Assembly (NCBI GenBank): GCA_965243025.1
Contig: CBDETY010000003.1
Coordinates: 896,001 to 960,000, forward strand
DNA from: Candidatus Latescibacterota bacterium
Lineage (GTDB): Bacteria; Latescibacterota; UBA2968; UBA8231
DNA length: 64,000 nucleotides
Reading direction: 5' to 3'
Part shown: one piece after another, positions 52,477 to 61,325 of the stretch
Layout of the letters: every line of letters starts with the position of its first letter
How positions within the stretch are numbered: the stretch's first letter is position 1
Program-made: the position numbers and the translations under genes
Notes under the pieces: model-generated
What the model was told of the DNA's origin: nothing
Seen by the model: the letters and a program-made list of their open reading frames with translations, nothing else
The model's database searches: none

Positions 52477-52551
52477 AAGGAGGCCGGACAGCGCGAGCAG
52501 ACCGACAACAGGAAGTATGTATGCCGGAGGGAACAGAGTTCGAGCTTTCAT
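52477..52551 (-). pseudogene. 5' fragment (signal peptide) of a Cache-like secreted protein gene
   Basis: MKARTLFPPAYILPVVGLLALSGLL with AGGAG RBS; matches 4132..4206. Confidence 0.8.
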
Positions 52552-52581
52552 CAGGACGGTCTCCTTCTCCGAAAAGACAGC

Positions 52582-52686
52582 TCATAAAGTGACTAACGGA
52601 CGGTTGTCCGCTTTGTATCCCCGGGCTTTCAAGGCTGACGGCTTCCCCACCAAACCGTTCGGGGCTGCTTGAGGTAGCAACTGGCC
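52582..52686 (-). promoter_or_regulatory. Conserved upstream leader of the Cache-like gene family, copy 1
   Basis: Aligns with 55729..55833 (AGTGACT, GGTTGTCCGCT, CCCCACCAAACCG, CTTGAGGTA blocks). Confidence 0.55.
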
Positions 52687-53059
52687 ACGAATTTCCCGTA
52701 GGTCTCGGCATCGGCAACCGTGCTTTCGGGAAGGGTCTTCATTGGGGGTTCCACCAGAGGATGAGAATGGTTTCATGTCGGTTCGGGCAACTCGAACCAT
52801 CTTGTTTTCGGCATCAGAGATGCGGTTCTGATTTCTCTGATCTGCCCCGTTTCGTACAGGTACGGAGCGGAACCAGGTCCGCTATCTGATTCAGTCCATC
52901 TCCAGTGTCCGTAGGCCATAACTACGCGACTGGGCAATTCTTCGAAAGGAACTCACGGAGATCTGATCGGTAAAGAGAATAAGTATAGCGGACACGGGCA
53001 CGAGGGGTTCTCCTCCCTCCGTAAGTGGTACCCGCCAACCATCCGGGAGCAACCCGTGC

Positions 53060-53608
53060 CTACATTCCCTTCTTGACTGTTCCCCAGGTGGTTGATTTTA
53101 GGGAGGTTGGGACACTCAACCGGGAAAAAACCATTACTTCGATCTCTGGACATCCCAGTGCAAGACAAACGAATACTCCCACTCCCAACCTCAAGGTATC
53201 TCCATCCAATTGGTACAGAAAGAGAGCGGGCTCAGGCGGTGGAGCGTCCCCGCGAAACTCGGCAATCAGCTCCGCAATGGCCTCATCGTCTGGAACTTCG
53301 AGTCCGGCGTCCTCGAATTGCTTGCGTATGAATGCTTCCACCGTCATTCCATCGACAAGAATGTCCCAATCTCCCTCGGGAATGAGACTCAGGGAATCCC
53401 CGGAAGCACTCCAGGTGCCGCGCATGGTGCTTTCCATTGTGAACGCCAAGAGACCTTCTTCCACTTCGGTAATGACCGTGAACGAGAATTCACCGTCTCC
53501 GAGAGTAATGCGGAATTCCGCTTCATTCTCTCGATGCCCGCCCCATTCACCCTGGAGCTGTGCTCCCAACGACATGGGCAACAACATCAAAAGGACTGCT
53601 GATCGCAT
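53060..53608 (-). CDS. Secreted acidic hypothetical protein with C-terminal TTWGTVKK tail; paralog of 3355..3903
   Basis: 182 aa, near-identical to the paralog; upstream and downstream flanks are also shared. Confidence 0.85.
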   Translation of the reverse strand: MRSAVLLMLLPMSLGAQLQGEWGGHRENEAEFRITLGDGEFSFTVITEVEEGLLAFTMESTMRGTWSASGDSLSLIPEGDWDILVDGMTVEAFIRKQFEDAGLEVPDDEAIAELIAEFRGDAPPPEPALFLYQLDGDTLRLGVGVFVCLALGCPEIEVMVFSRLSVPTSLKSTTWGTVKKGM

Positions 53609-53862
53609 AAGGGTTCTCCTTTCAATCTGATGTATCGGAGAGGCTACCTTGGGGGTTCCGAATTCATCGGTCCGGATGGGGTAACCTCATGATCAATTCA
53701 CGAAATCGATATAACTCAGATTTATCGATAGTGATTTCTACAGAGCTGGGGTCAGGCCGACACCGATCCTTTGCCTTGGTTTTCACGCCAGAAATCAACG
53801 TAGTGGATTTTCAACTACGCCTCCTTGCTGCTGGCTGCACTGTACAGGAAGGAATCAATCTG

Positions 53863-55698
53863 CTATCTGAGATAGAGGAGCCGCCTCGTCTGCACCCCTT
53901 CGGGGTATTGCAGGCGCGTGATATAGACCCCGGCGGCAACCTCCGAACCCCGCTGGTCGCGGGCATCCCAGTGAACCTGGTACACCCCGGTCACCTGATA
54001 CCCATCCACCAGCGTGCGCACCGGCTGTCCGAGGACGTTGTAGATCACCAGCCGCACCGGCGCGGCCTCGGCGAGGTGGTAGGTGATAAGGGTGGTGCTG
54101 TTGAAGGGGTTGGGCACATTGGGGCCCAGCCTGCTGGCCGATGCCACTGCCTTGGCCGCGGCCAGTGATTCGACGCCTGCAATCCTCATGCCGCCGCCCA
54201 GGGTCAGTTCCAGAACCTGGCGCCTGCCGCGGTTGAGGGGAATGCTGTGCCACTGACCGACGACTTCGCCGTCGGCATTGCGGGCCCGGGCTTGGTAGAA
54301 ACCACTCACCTGCCTCCCGCCGGAAAGAGTCAGGGACGCCTGGCCGTCCGCATCGGTGACCGCGTTCCAGGCGAAATGGCGGGAACGACCGGCGATGGCG
54401 CGGGAAAACTCGACGGTCAACCCCTCGACGGCGTCGCCCAGAACTGTGACCTTCACTTCCGTGCGGGGACCCTCCGCGACAACTTCGGGTGCTTCGGGTT
54501 CACTCCCGTAGAAACCGGACCCGATGACGTAGTGAGTTGGGACTGCGCTTCCGTCCGGCCTTTGGATTTGACCGGTGAACTCGCGGGCGTAGCCCACCTT
54601 GGGGACGTCGGCTCTGTCGGTGTCGTCAGTGGGATCGTCGAAATAATACTCCACGAAGCCGCCTTCCGGGCTGCTGGCCGCCGCGTCGATGACCTGCGGC
54701 AGAACGAGATGTCCGCTCACGACATCCCGGACAGTCGCTACCAGAGGTTGAAGCTCGAATCTATTCGGAAACGCGCCGTGAAGTAGAATCGTGTTGCTGG
54801 TACGATCCAGGATGTAGAGGTACACCGAACCATGTCTCCAGGGCCCGTTCGGATCCCGAAAGGCTGTCCTGACCTTCGAGATAGCGCTTATACCTCCAGT
54901 TTCGTAGGCGGCGCGAAAGTAGATCATCGCTTGCGTGACGAAGGCCTTCAAGGTTTCGCGGTCCACCACGTCCCTGGCAGTAACGGACGGGTCGCCATAC
55001 TCGATCTCTTCTTCAGCCAGGTGAGTTTCATTGAGATCGAAGCCGGCGAGTATCACGATTGGGGTCTGAAAACCGAGTGAAAAGTAGACCCCGGCATGGC
55101 CGGAGCCGCCTGGAATACCTTCACTTAGACCTGGAATAGGGGTGGTCGCATCGAATGCGCCGTCCGGTTCCTCCATCAATGTGCTCATGACGGCGCCGAA
55201 AGCCTGGGCGGCGGTAGCAGGATCGGGAGACGCCAGGTTGGCCAGATCCGAAATCGATACGCCCAGCCCGGAAAGAATCGCTCCATAAATCACCGGGTTG
55301 AGCAGCCTGCCCGACAAGGACATGTCCTTCGAGTGAATGAACACCCTTCCGTCGGGCGTCAGGCTCACGAGGTACGTGGAACCGGAACGCCAGATCCCAT
55401 CGTCCTGCCTTGTGCGACATCCGATGTATGCCGCTCGTTCAAGAGTCGGTTGTCCCCGGGACTCGCTCCTGAAGAAATCTCTCGCGGCCAGCGCGAATTC
55501 CTTCAGGCTCGCGTTGCCGTCTTCAACCTGCTGCGCCGTCACACGAGGGTCATCAAGAGGCGTCACGCCGGGCGGGAGTGGACACGCTTCCTGCGTCTGC
55601 CCCAAAGTGGGGCGGGCATTTGAAAAGACGCCGGCGAGCACGAGGAGGCCGACCACAAGCACCGATGTCGAGGTGGCCAATGTCCCGGCTTTCATCAT
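53863..55698 (-). CDS. Secreted protein with two Cache-like domains and FlgD-Ig/T9SS-like C-terminal domain
   Basis: AGGAG RBS, signal peptide; WRHGSVYLYILD...LLHG...GGFVEYYFDDP...KVGYA resembles single-Cache domains; PNVPNPFN...TRRLLYLR. Confidence 0.82.
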   Translation of the reverse strand: MMKAGTLATSTSVLVVGLLVLAGVFSNARPTLGQTQEACPLPPGVTPLDDPRVTAQQVEDGNASLKEFALAARDFFRSESRGQPTLERAAYIGCRTRQDDGIWRSGSTYLVSLTPDGRVFIHSKDMSLSGRLLNPVIYGAILSGLGVSISDLANLASPDPATAAQAFGAVMSTLMEEPDGAFDATTPIPGLSEGIPGGSGHAGVYFSLGFQTPIVILAGFDLNETHLAEEEIEYGDPSVTARDVVDRETLKAFVTQAMIYFRAAYETGGISAISKVRTAFRDPNGPWRHGSVYLYILDRTSNTILLHGAFPNRFELQPLVATVRDVVSGHLVLPQVIDAAASSPEGGFVEYYFDDPTDDTDRADVPKVGYAREFTGQIQRPDGSAVPTHYVIGSGFYGSEPEAPEVVAEGPRTEVKVTVLGDAVEGLTVEFSRAIAGRSRHFAWNAVTDADGQASLTLSGGRQVSGFYQARARNADGEVVGQWHSIPLNRGRRQVLELTLGGGMRIAGVESLAAAKAVASASRLGPNVPNPFNSTTLITYHLAEAAPVRLVIYNVLGQPVRTLVDGYQVTGVYQVHWDARDQRGSEVAAGVYITRLQYPEGVQTRRLLYLR

Positions 55699-55728
55699 GA
55701 GGGTTCTCCTTCTCGCAAATGACAAGTT

Positions 55729-55833
55729 CATTTAGTGACTACGGAATGGTTGTCCGCTATGTATCTCCAGGCATCCCAGGCTGACGCTTCCCCCCACCAA
55801 ACCGGTTGGCGCTACTTGAGGTAACAGACTGGC
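55729..55833 (-). promoter_or_regulatory. Conserved upstream leader of the Cache-like gene family, copy 2
   Basis: Aligns with 52582..52686. Confidence 0.55.
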
Positions 55834-56247
55834 GCGATTGCACTCCTTCCGGATACTGGCAGCCGCACGATTTGAGGGACTCTCCCGAGAGGAAACCGGC
55901 TGCGACCCGAATTACTGGGCCGAGTAAATATAACTCCCCATGAGTGGGAAACTGGTGGAAATTAGGGTCATTTCAGTGAATTCTTTATGGAAAGTTGGTG
56001 GAAAATAGACGTTCCGGGCGGTTTGGCTTGAAATCAGGCCCCGACAAGAAGAGGACAGGATGAAACCGGCTGGGGAGATGGAACGAGACAACAAGGCCCT
56101 TCGGGAGCCGTTGACCCCGCTGAGTCAGGCCAGTTCTGCGCATCAACGGATTCTGCCCTGCCACATTTCATACCTGACAGGAAATCAGGCTGATTCTACC
56201 GGCTAAAGGATAGGCGCAACGGATTGCACCTACCCCTCGGTCGGCAT

Positions 56248-56331
56248 CTACCGGCTGCGCCAGTGGTTCAGGACGATCTGAATCCCCTCCAGCGCGACTT
56301 CCAGCAGAATCGCCAACCACCTTGGCATCAT
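56248..56331 (-). CDS. 27-aa peptide MMPRWLAILLEVALEGIQIVLNHWRSR
   Basis: ATGA overlap with the upstream ORF; last of four closely linked small ORFs. Confidence 0.4.
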   Translation of the reverse strand: MMPRWLAILLEVALEGIQIVLNHWRSR

Positions 56332-56516
56332 GAGCTATCACCCCCTTCCTGTGGTGGGTCTTTCCGGATGAACCTCCCGGTTTCGTCCCGCACTCTGCGC
56401 TGGGCAGCCCGCTGGGCAGCCCGGCTTCTCGGGCTGGGTCCTTCCGGATCTACGCCGTTCTGGATGTCGTTGTCAGGGATACCGGAGGTGTCCCGTGGAT
56501 CGGGTTCCGGTTTCAT
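56328..56516 (-). CDS. Small hypothetical protein with RDETGRF motif
   Basis: ATGA overlaps at both ends. Confidence 0.5.
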   Translation of the reverse strand: MKPEPDPRDTSGIPDNDIQNGVDPEGPSPRSRAAQRAAQRRVRDETGRFIRKDPPQEGGDSS

Positions 56517-56716
56517 CCCGAAGTCGCGACGACAACCGACAGCTTGTCCTTTACCTTGGCTTTGATCCACTCGGTATGGACCTTGTTGAGGGCCAGCTTG
56601 TAGAGGTACACCCCCGCCTCTCGGGCCGCGACCACGGCGATGACTTTGACAACGGGTTTCAGGGAGTTCAGCAGTTTCCGCTGGTCGCCGTTGCCGGTGA
56701 GGGGATTGGGAATCAT
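56513..56716 (-). CDS. Small basic hypothetical protein
   Basis: GAAGGAG RBS; 67 aa. Confidence 0.6.
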   Translation of the reverse strand: MIPNPLTGNGDQRKLLNSLKPVVKVIAVVAAREAGVYLYKLALNKVHTEWIKAKVKDKLSVVVATSG

Positions 56717-56733
56717 GATGGTTCTCCTTCGCG

Positions 56734-56943
56734 TCAAATGTCCTTCGGACGCCCGGGGGTCTTTCCTCCGGCCTCCCGGGACAGCAGTTCGATGAGTTGC
56801 CTTGCCCGGCCTGCGGGCAGGATGATTTCGTAGGTGCCGCCTCCCTGGCGGTCGCCTTGAACGGAGATGCCAGGTATCTGAAGTCCCGAAAGGAAGGTGC
56901 ATTCCTCTACGGTCTGGATCTCCACCGTGCGATGTTCGACCAT
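56734..56943 (-). CDS. Small hypothetical protein
   Basis: GAAAGGA RBS before MVEHRTVEI; 69 aa. Confidence 0.55.
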   Translation of the reverse strand: MVEHRTVEIQTVEECTFLSGLQIPGISVQGDRQGGGTYEIILPAGRARQLIELLSREAGGKTPGRPKDI

Positions 56944-56985
56944 GCGGTTCCTTTCTTTGAGCGGTTGATGGTGCTGGAAGAGCAC

Positions 56986-57019
56986 AAAAAAGCCCCCGGC
57001 CTTCGAAGAGGCGGGGAGC
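56986..57019 (-). terminator. Rho-independent terminator-like hairpin downstream of the IS1595 transposase
   Basis: GCTCCCCGCCTCTTCGAAGGCCGGGGGC followed by TTTTTT on the minus strand. Confidence 0.65.
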
Positions 57020-57038
57020 AGCGAGGGCCTGGCTATTT

Positions 57039-58031
57039 CTATTTGACCAGATCCCGATACAGCAGCCGTTTCCCCACCATCCGGGCCACCAGGTCTTCCA
57101 TCTGCTCCAGGGTGTCCTTGTCGCGGATGTTGTGCCGTCCGACGAACTCGTCGATGTATCGCTGCAGGTGCTTGGGGGACATTTTGTGATAGGTCCCCTT
57201 GTAGGCTCGCTTGATCATGGACCAGAAGCTTTCGATGCCGTTGGTGTGGGACCCATCGGTAGAGAACTGGCCTTTCGAATGGATGACGAACTCGGATTTC
57301 CCCGGCCACTGGAAATCCTTCAAGGCACTGGCCCCGTCGCTGTACAGGGTGCCGTTTGCTCTCAGGTGCTTCTTGGCAAACGCTTGCAGAATGTCGGCCG
57401 TTTCGGCAGGAACCACGCTCGCGGCGACCTTGCCGGTTTTCCGGTCCTTCATGCCCACGACGATGGTTTTTCCCTCCCTCCATCGTTCCCGCAGTCTCTT
57501 GTCGGCGTGCTTGTTGGCCTCCTTTCCGCCGAAATAGGCCTGGTCGATCTCGCCTCTCCGGCTTGAGAGCTTCTCCTGGTCCGACCAGGCCTCGCGGATG
57601 CGGTGGGCCATGAACCAGGCCGTTCTCTGGGTAACCTGGAGGTCCCGGTGCAGCTTCAGGCTGGACACGCCCTTGAGGCTGGACAGGAACAGGTAGATGG
57701 CGATCACCCATTTCTGCAGGGGCACCTTGGAGTGGGACAGCACGGTTCCGGTGCGAACGCCAAACCGCATTCGGCAATCCCCGCAGTGATAGGGCATCGG
57801 CCTGCGGTGGGGGCATTCGGTAATCATGCCGCAGCATCCGCAGTGGGGGCAGTGGATGTGCTTGCCCCATCTGACTTCTTCAAACCACTTCTCCGCGGCC
57901 GCGTCGTCGGGGAACCTGGCGAACAGCTCGATCAGGGATACGCCTTTCCGGTCGTTCCTTCCCGGGCCTTCGGGGACGAGCCCCCTGCCGGCTTTGGACC
58001 AGCGGCCCAGGAATCGTTTCAGGATTTTCAT
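57039..58031 (-). CDS. IS1595-family transposase
   Basis: CPHCG...CGDC zinc ribbon, TAWFMAHRIREAW, EIDQAYFGG, YSDG, HTNGIESFWS...KHLQRYIDEF; AAGGA RBS. Element ends not identified. Confidence 0.92.
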   Translation of the reverse strand: MKILKRFLGRWSKAGRGLVPEGPGRNDRKGVSLIELFARFPDDAAAEKWFEEVRWGKHIHCPHCGCCGMITECPHRRPMPYHCGDCRMRFGVRTGTVLSHSKVPLQKWVIAIYLFLSSLKGVSSLKLHRDLQVTQRTAWFMAHRIREAWSDQEKLSSRRGEIDQAYFGGKEANKHADKRLRERWREGKTIVVGMKDRKTGKVAASVVPAETADILQAFAKKHLRANGTLYSDGASALKDFQWPGKSEFVIHSKGQFSTDGSHTNGIESFWSMIKRAYKGTYHKMSPKHLQRYIDEFVGRHNIRDKDTLEQMEDLVARMVGKRLLYRDLVK

Positions 58032-58550
58032 GAGTTCCTTTTTCTGGTGAGATGGGGGGGGGAGCGGGTTGCCGGGACCGACCCCCCGCGAGCCGTTCGG
58101 TGCCCTGGCAGATTGAAACCGGGCGGCAACGGGTGTCCCGCTCTTTATACAATTACATGGGCCTCGTACATGGGCCTCGAGTTCTTTCATGGATCCACCC
58201 CGATGGCCATGAGCGGCTCTGGATTTCCGCCGTTCACGGACGAGGGGGGGCACGGCTCGGTCACACACGGCCCCGGTTTTTCCAAGCCTGATCCTCGGAG
58301 ACTGGGAAGCTGACTTTTGTCGGTGTTCACCGACCGAAGGCGCCGTCGTACCCGGTTCGATTCTACCTGGCTGGATGCCCTCGCTGCCGAAGCGACACGG
58401 CACGGGTGAGACGGCGATTCGACGCCCCCTGCGCATGAGCATTTCCTACGGGATCGACATTGATCTGGTTCTTCGGCAAGGGGCAGACGATACGGCATGG
58501 CTGAACCCGGCCACGACCCTTCCGGGATCCTGACGGGAGAGAAATCAAAA

Positions 58551-58988
58551 TCAGAGGATCCCCAGCTCCTTCATGGAAACATGGCCCCCGGGTGGAGCGA
58601 CGACGACATGATCGAGCACCTGAATCCCCATAAGCCCGCCAGCCTCGACAAGACGGTGCGTGAGATCGATGTCTTCCTTGGAGGGCGCCGGATCTCCGGA
58701 GGGGTGGTTGTGCGCCAGAATGATGCTGGTGGCTCCCTTCAGGATCGCTGCCTTGAACACCTCGCGGGGATGGACGAGGGAAGCGTTCTGACTGCCGATG
58801 GAGGTCGTCTCATGGGCGACTACGCGATTGCGCGTGTCGAGGTGCAGGACGACGAATACCTCCCGGTCGGCTGAGGCTATGTCGAGGGTATCCAGGTAGG
58901 CGAGCACCTCGTTGGGACTGGTCAGCGGCTCTGAGCATACGTCCTGCCAGATTTGCCGCACCTTGCGTTCTACGACTTCGAGTTTCAT
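58551..58988 (-). CDS. radC: RadC-like JAB-domain protein (short, mobile-element type)
   Basis: VHPREVFK, AHNHPSGD and VLDHVVV motifs; lacks the N-terminal helix-hairpin-helix region. Confidence 0.93.
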   Translation of the reverse strand: MKLEVVERKVRQIWQDVCSEPLTSPNEVLAYLDTLDIASADREVFVVLHLDTRNRVVAHETTSIGSQNASLVHPREVFKAAILKGATSIILAHNHPSGDPAPSKEDIDLTHRLVEAGGLMGIQVLDHVVVAPPGGHVSMKELGIL

Positions 58989-59217
58989 GGGGTCCTTTTT
59001 TCTGGTGAGATGCCGTCAGTTCATGTTTTCCATCCCCCCTTCTTGTTCTGCCACAGGGGGTTGCGTATAACAGGTGCCGCATTACGTTCCGGTTTTTCAG
59101 GACAGGCGATCAGGAAAGACCGCCGGGAGTGATTCAAAGAGGAGGGCAGCCTGGAGTCTTCGAATTACCCAGGCATGCTATTCAGCAAGGTCCCTGACCG
59201 CATCACTTCATCAGGGA

Positions 59218-59529
59218 CTACCGTTCCGGAACCAGAGCAGATTCCAGATCCTTGAATACCTGCAGAAGCGCCCCTTTCGCCTTGGCCTGCACCTCGCAGG
59301 AGCTGATTTCGGGAGTGTCGTGATACACCAGCACCGTCAGTTTTTCCTGGCGCGGGTAGATCTCGTATTCGAAAGAGGGTCCAGGCTGAAGGGGAGGCTG
59401 GTAGAGGACCAGGGCAATCTCCACCTCGGTAACGTATTTCCCTGCCGGCGGCGCGAAGATGCCGTCGGCAAATCGGTTGGGGTTGACCCTCTCGGTCTTA
59501 CCCGGCAGGGCGCTGATCCGTTCGGTCAT
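59218..59529 (-). CDS. Hypothetical protein
   Basis: GAAAGGA RBS; 103 aa; no recognisable motif. Confidence 0.55.
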   Translation of the reverse strand: MTERISALPGKTERVNPNRFADGIFAPPAGKYVTEVEIALVLYQPPLQPGPSFEYEIYPRQEKLTVLVYHDTPEISSCEVQAKAKGALLQVFKDLESALVPER

Positions 59530-59555
59530 GAAGGTCCTTTCTTTGACAGGAGAAG

Positions 59556-59906
59556 ATGATGAAGCGGCTGCAGCCGTCTGAAGAACTGGCTGCCATTATC
59601 GGACACGAGCCGATGCTCCAGGCTCAGGTCGTCGAAGGATACTGGAGCTACATCCGGGAGAACGGTTTACAGGACGCGAGGAATCCGCGAAGGATCAAAG
59701 CAGACGAAAACCTCGGGAGGATCTTCGGCGGCCAGGATCAGGTGACCCTGTTCGAGTTGACCAGGCTGATCAACGGACACCCGTTCGTCTGCCCTGAAGC
59801 CAAACAGAACAGGCGAAATCAGAGAACCGCCAGCATCGACGTTACCTGTGGAAGCAGCGGAGTCCGAATTGATATCGGGGTCCCTTGCGAACGGTCAGTC
59901 TCTTGA
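59556..59906 (+). CDS. SWIB/MDM2-domain protein
   Basis: PSEELAAIIG...WSYIRENGLQD...IKADENL..IFGG; AGGAG RBS. Confidence 0.88.
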   Translation: MMKRLQPSEELAAIIGHEPMLQAQVVEGYWSYIRENGLQDARNPRRIKADENLGRIFGGQDQVTLFELTRLINGHPFVCPEAKQNRRNQRTASIDVTCGSSGVRIDIGVPCERSVS

Positions 59907-59922
59907 TAAACGAGAAGAACGA

Positions 59923-61325
59923 ATGACCCCGGCCATTTTCATTTTCGGAGGTTGCCTCCTGCTCGCGGCAGGGGCGGCTATCGGGACCGACTGCGAAAAT
60001 TGGAACACCGAGGAGTTTTTAAATACCGCAACAGTTGACGAGGTGACCGGTTGCCTTCAGGCCGGTGCCGACCCTGCTTCACGTGATGAAGATGGCAATA
60101 CTCCCCTTCATTGGGCGGCTGGGGTTGAAACAGTCGCCGTCACTACCGTTCTGCTGAACGCCGGGGCGGACCTGAACGCACAAAACAATCGTGGCAACAC
60201 CCCTCTGCACGAAGCGGCGGCTTGGAATAAAGATCCCTCCGTTATTACTGCCTTTCTGCACGCAGGTGCTGACCTGAAAGGACGGAACAAAATCGGTAGC
60301 ACCCCTCTACATCGAGCTGTGGTGTGGAATCAGAATCCCGCCGTCGTCTCTGTTCTCCTGAATGCGGGGGCCGACCCCAACGCACGGGACGATAAGGGCC
60401 ACAGTCCTCTGTATTTAGAGGTGTTGGGTAACCAAGATCCCGCCGTTGTCTCTGTTCTGCTGAAGGCAGGTGCCGACCCCAACGCACGGAACAAAATCGG
60501 GCACACTCCTCTACATCTTGCTGCTTGGAAAGGAGAAGAACACTCCATCATTTCTGCCTTGGCCGAGGCTTCCCAATTGAGCATCACCACCGAGATAGAG
60601 GAAGAAGCCGCTGTCATCACGGCTTTGCTGGACGCTGGGGCGAATCCAAACGCAAGGGACAAAAACGGCAACACTTCCCTGCACTTGGTTGCGGCGCGGA
60701 AGAAAAACCCCCCCCCATAACCGCCCTTCTGAACGCCGGTGCCGACCCGAAGGCGCGAAATCAATTCGGGGACACACCTCTACATTGGGCGGCCAATGCG
60801 AACGGGAATCCTGCCGTCATCAATGTCTTGCTAAACGCCGGCGCAGACTTGAACGCGCGAAATCAATTCGGCGACACGCCACTCCATTTGGCGATCAAGG
60901 GCAATATACATACCTCAATGACAATCTTTCTGGATTCCCTGTTTAAAAAGGGAGTCGGCCCGAACAAGAACCCCGAAATCATTTCAGCTCTGCTTATTTC
61001 CGGAGCGGGTCGCAACACACGAGATGAATTCGGTCAAACCCTTTTGCATCTTGCTGCCGGGCAAAACCAAAATCCCGAGGTCATTTCCGTCCTCATAAAA
61101 GTCGGAGCCGACCCCAACGCTGGTGACAACAACAGCAACACTCCATTGCATTTGGCAGCCAAGTTCAACCAAAACCCTGCCGTCATTATCTCGCTCTTGG
61201 ACGCCGGTGCCGATCCGGCTGCTGGAAACGCTGAGGGTAAAATCCCGTGGGACTTTGCGGAGGAAAACGAGGCGCTCCAGAAAACCGACGCTTATTGGCG
61301 GCTGAACGACGCGAAATTCGAATAA
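59923..61325 (+). pseudogene. Secreted ankyrin-repeat protein split by a frameshift in a C9 tract (60708-60716)
   Basis: Signal peptide; repeated TPLH.AA...LLNAGAD.NAR in both 59923..60720 and the following frame ending at 61325. Confidence 0.88.

Noticed and set aside
55920-55940. GAGTAAATATAACTCCCC resembling an IS1595-type end
   Set aside because: The orientation is wrong for the transposase at 57039..58031 and I found no partner end.
58095-58120. ATTGAAAC resembling a CRISPR repeat 3' end
   Set aside because: The upstream sequence does not match the 43509 repeat and there is no periodic repetition.
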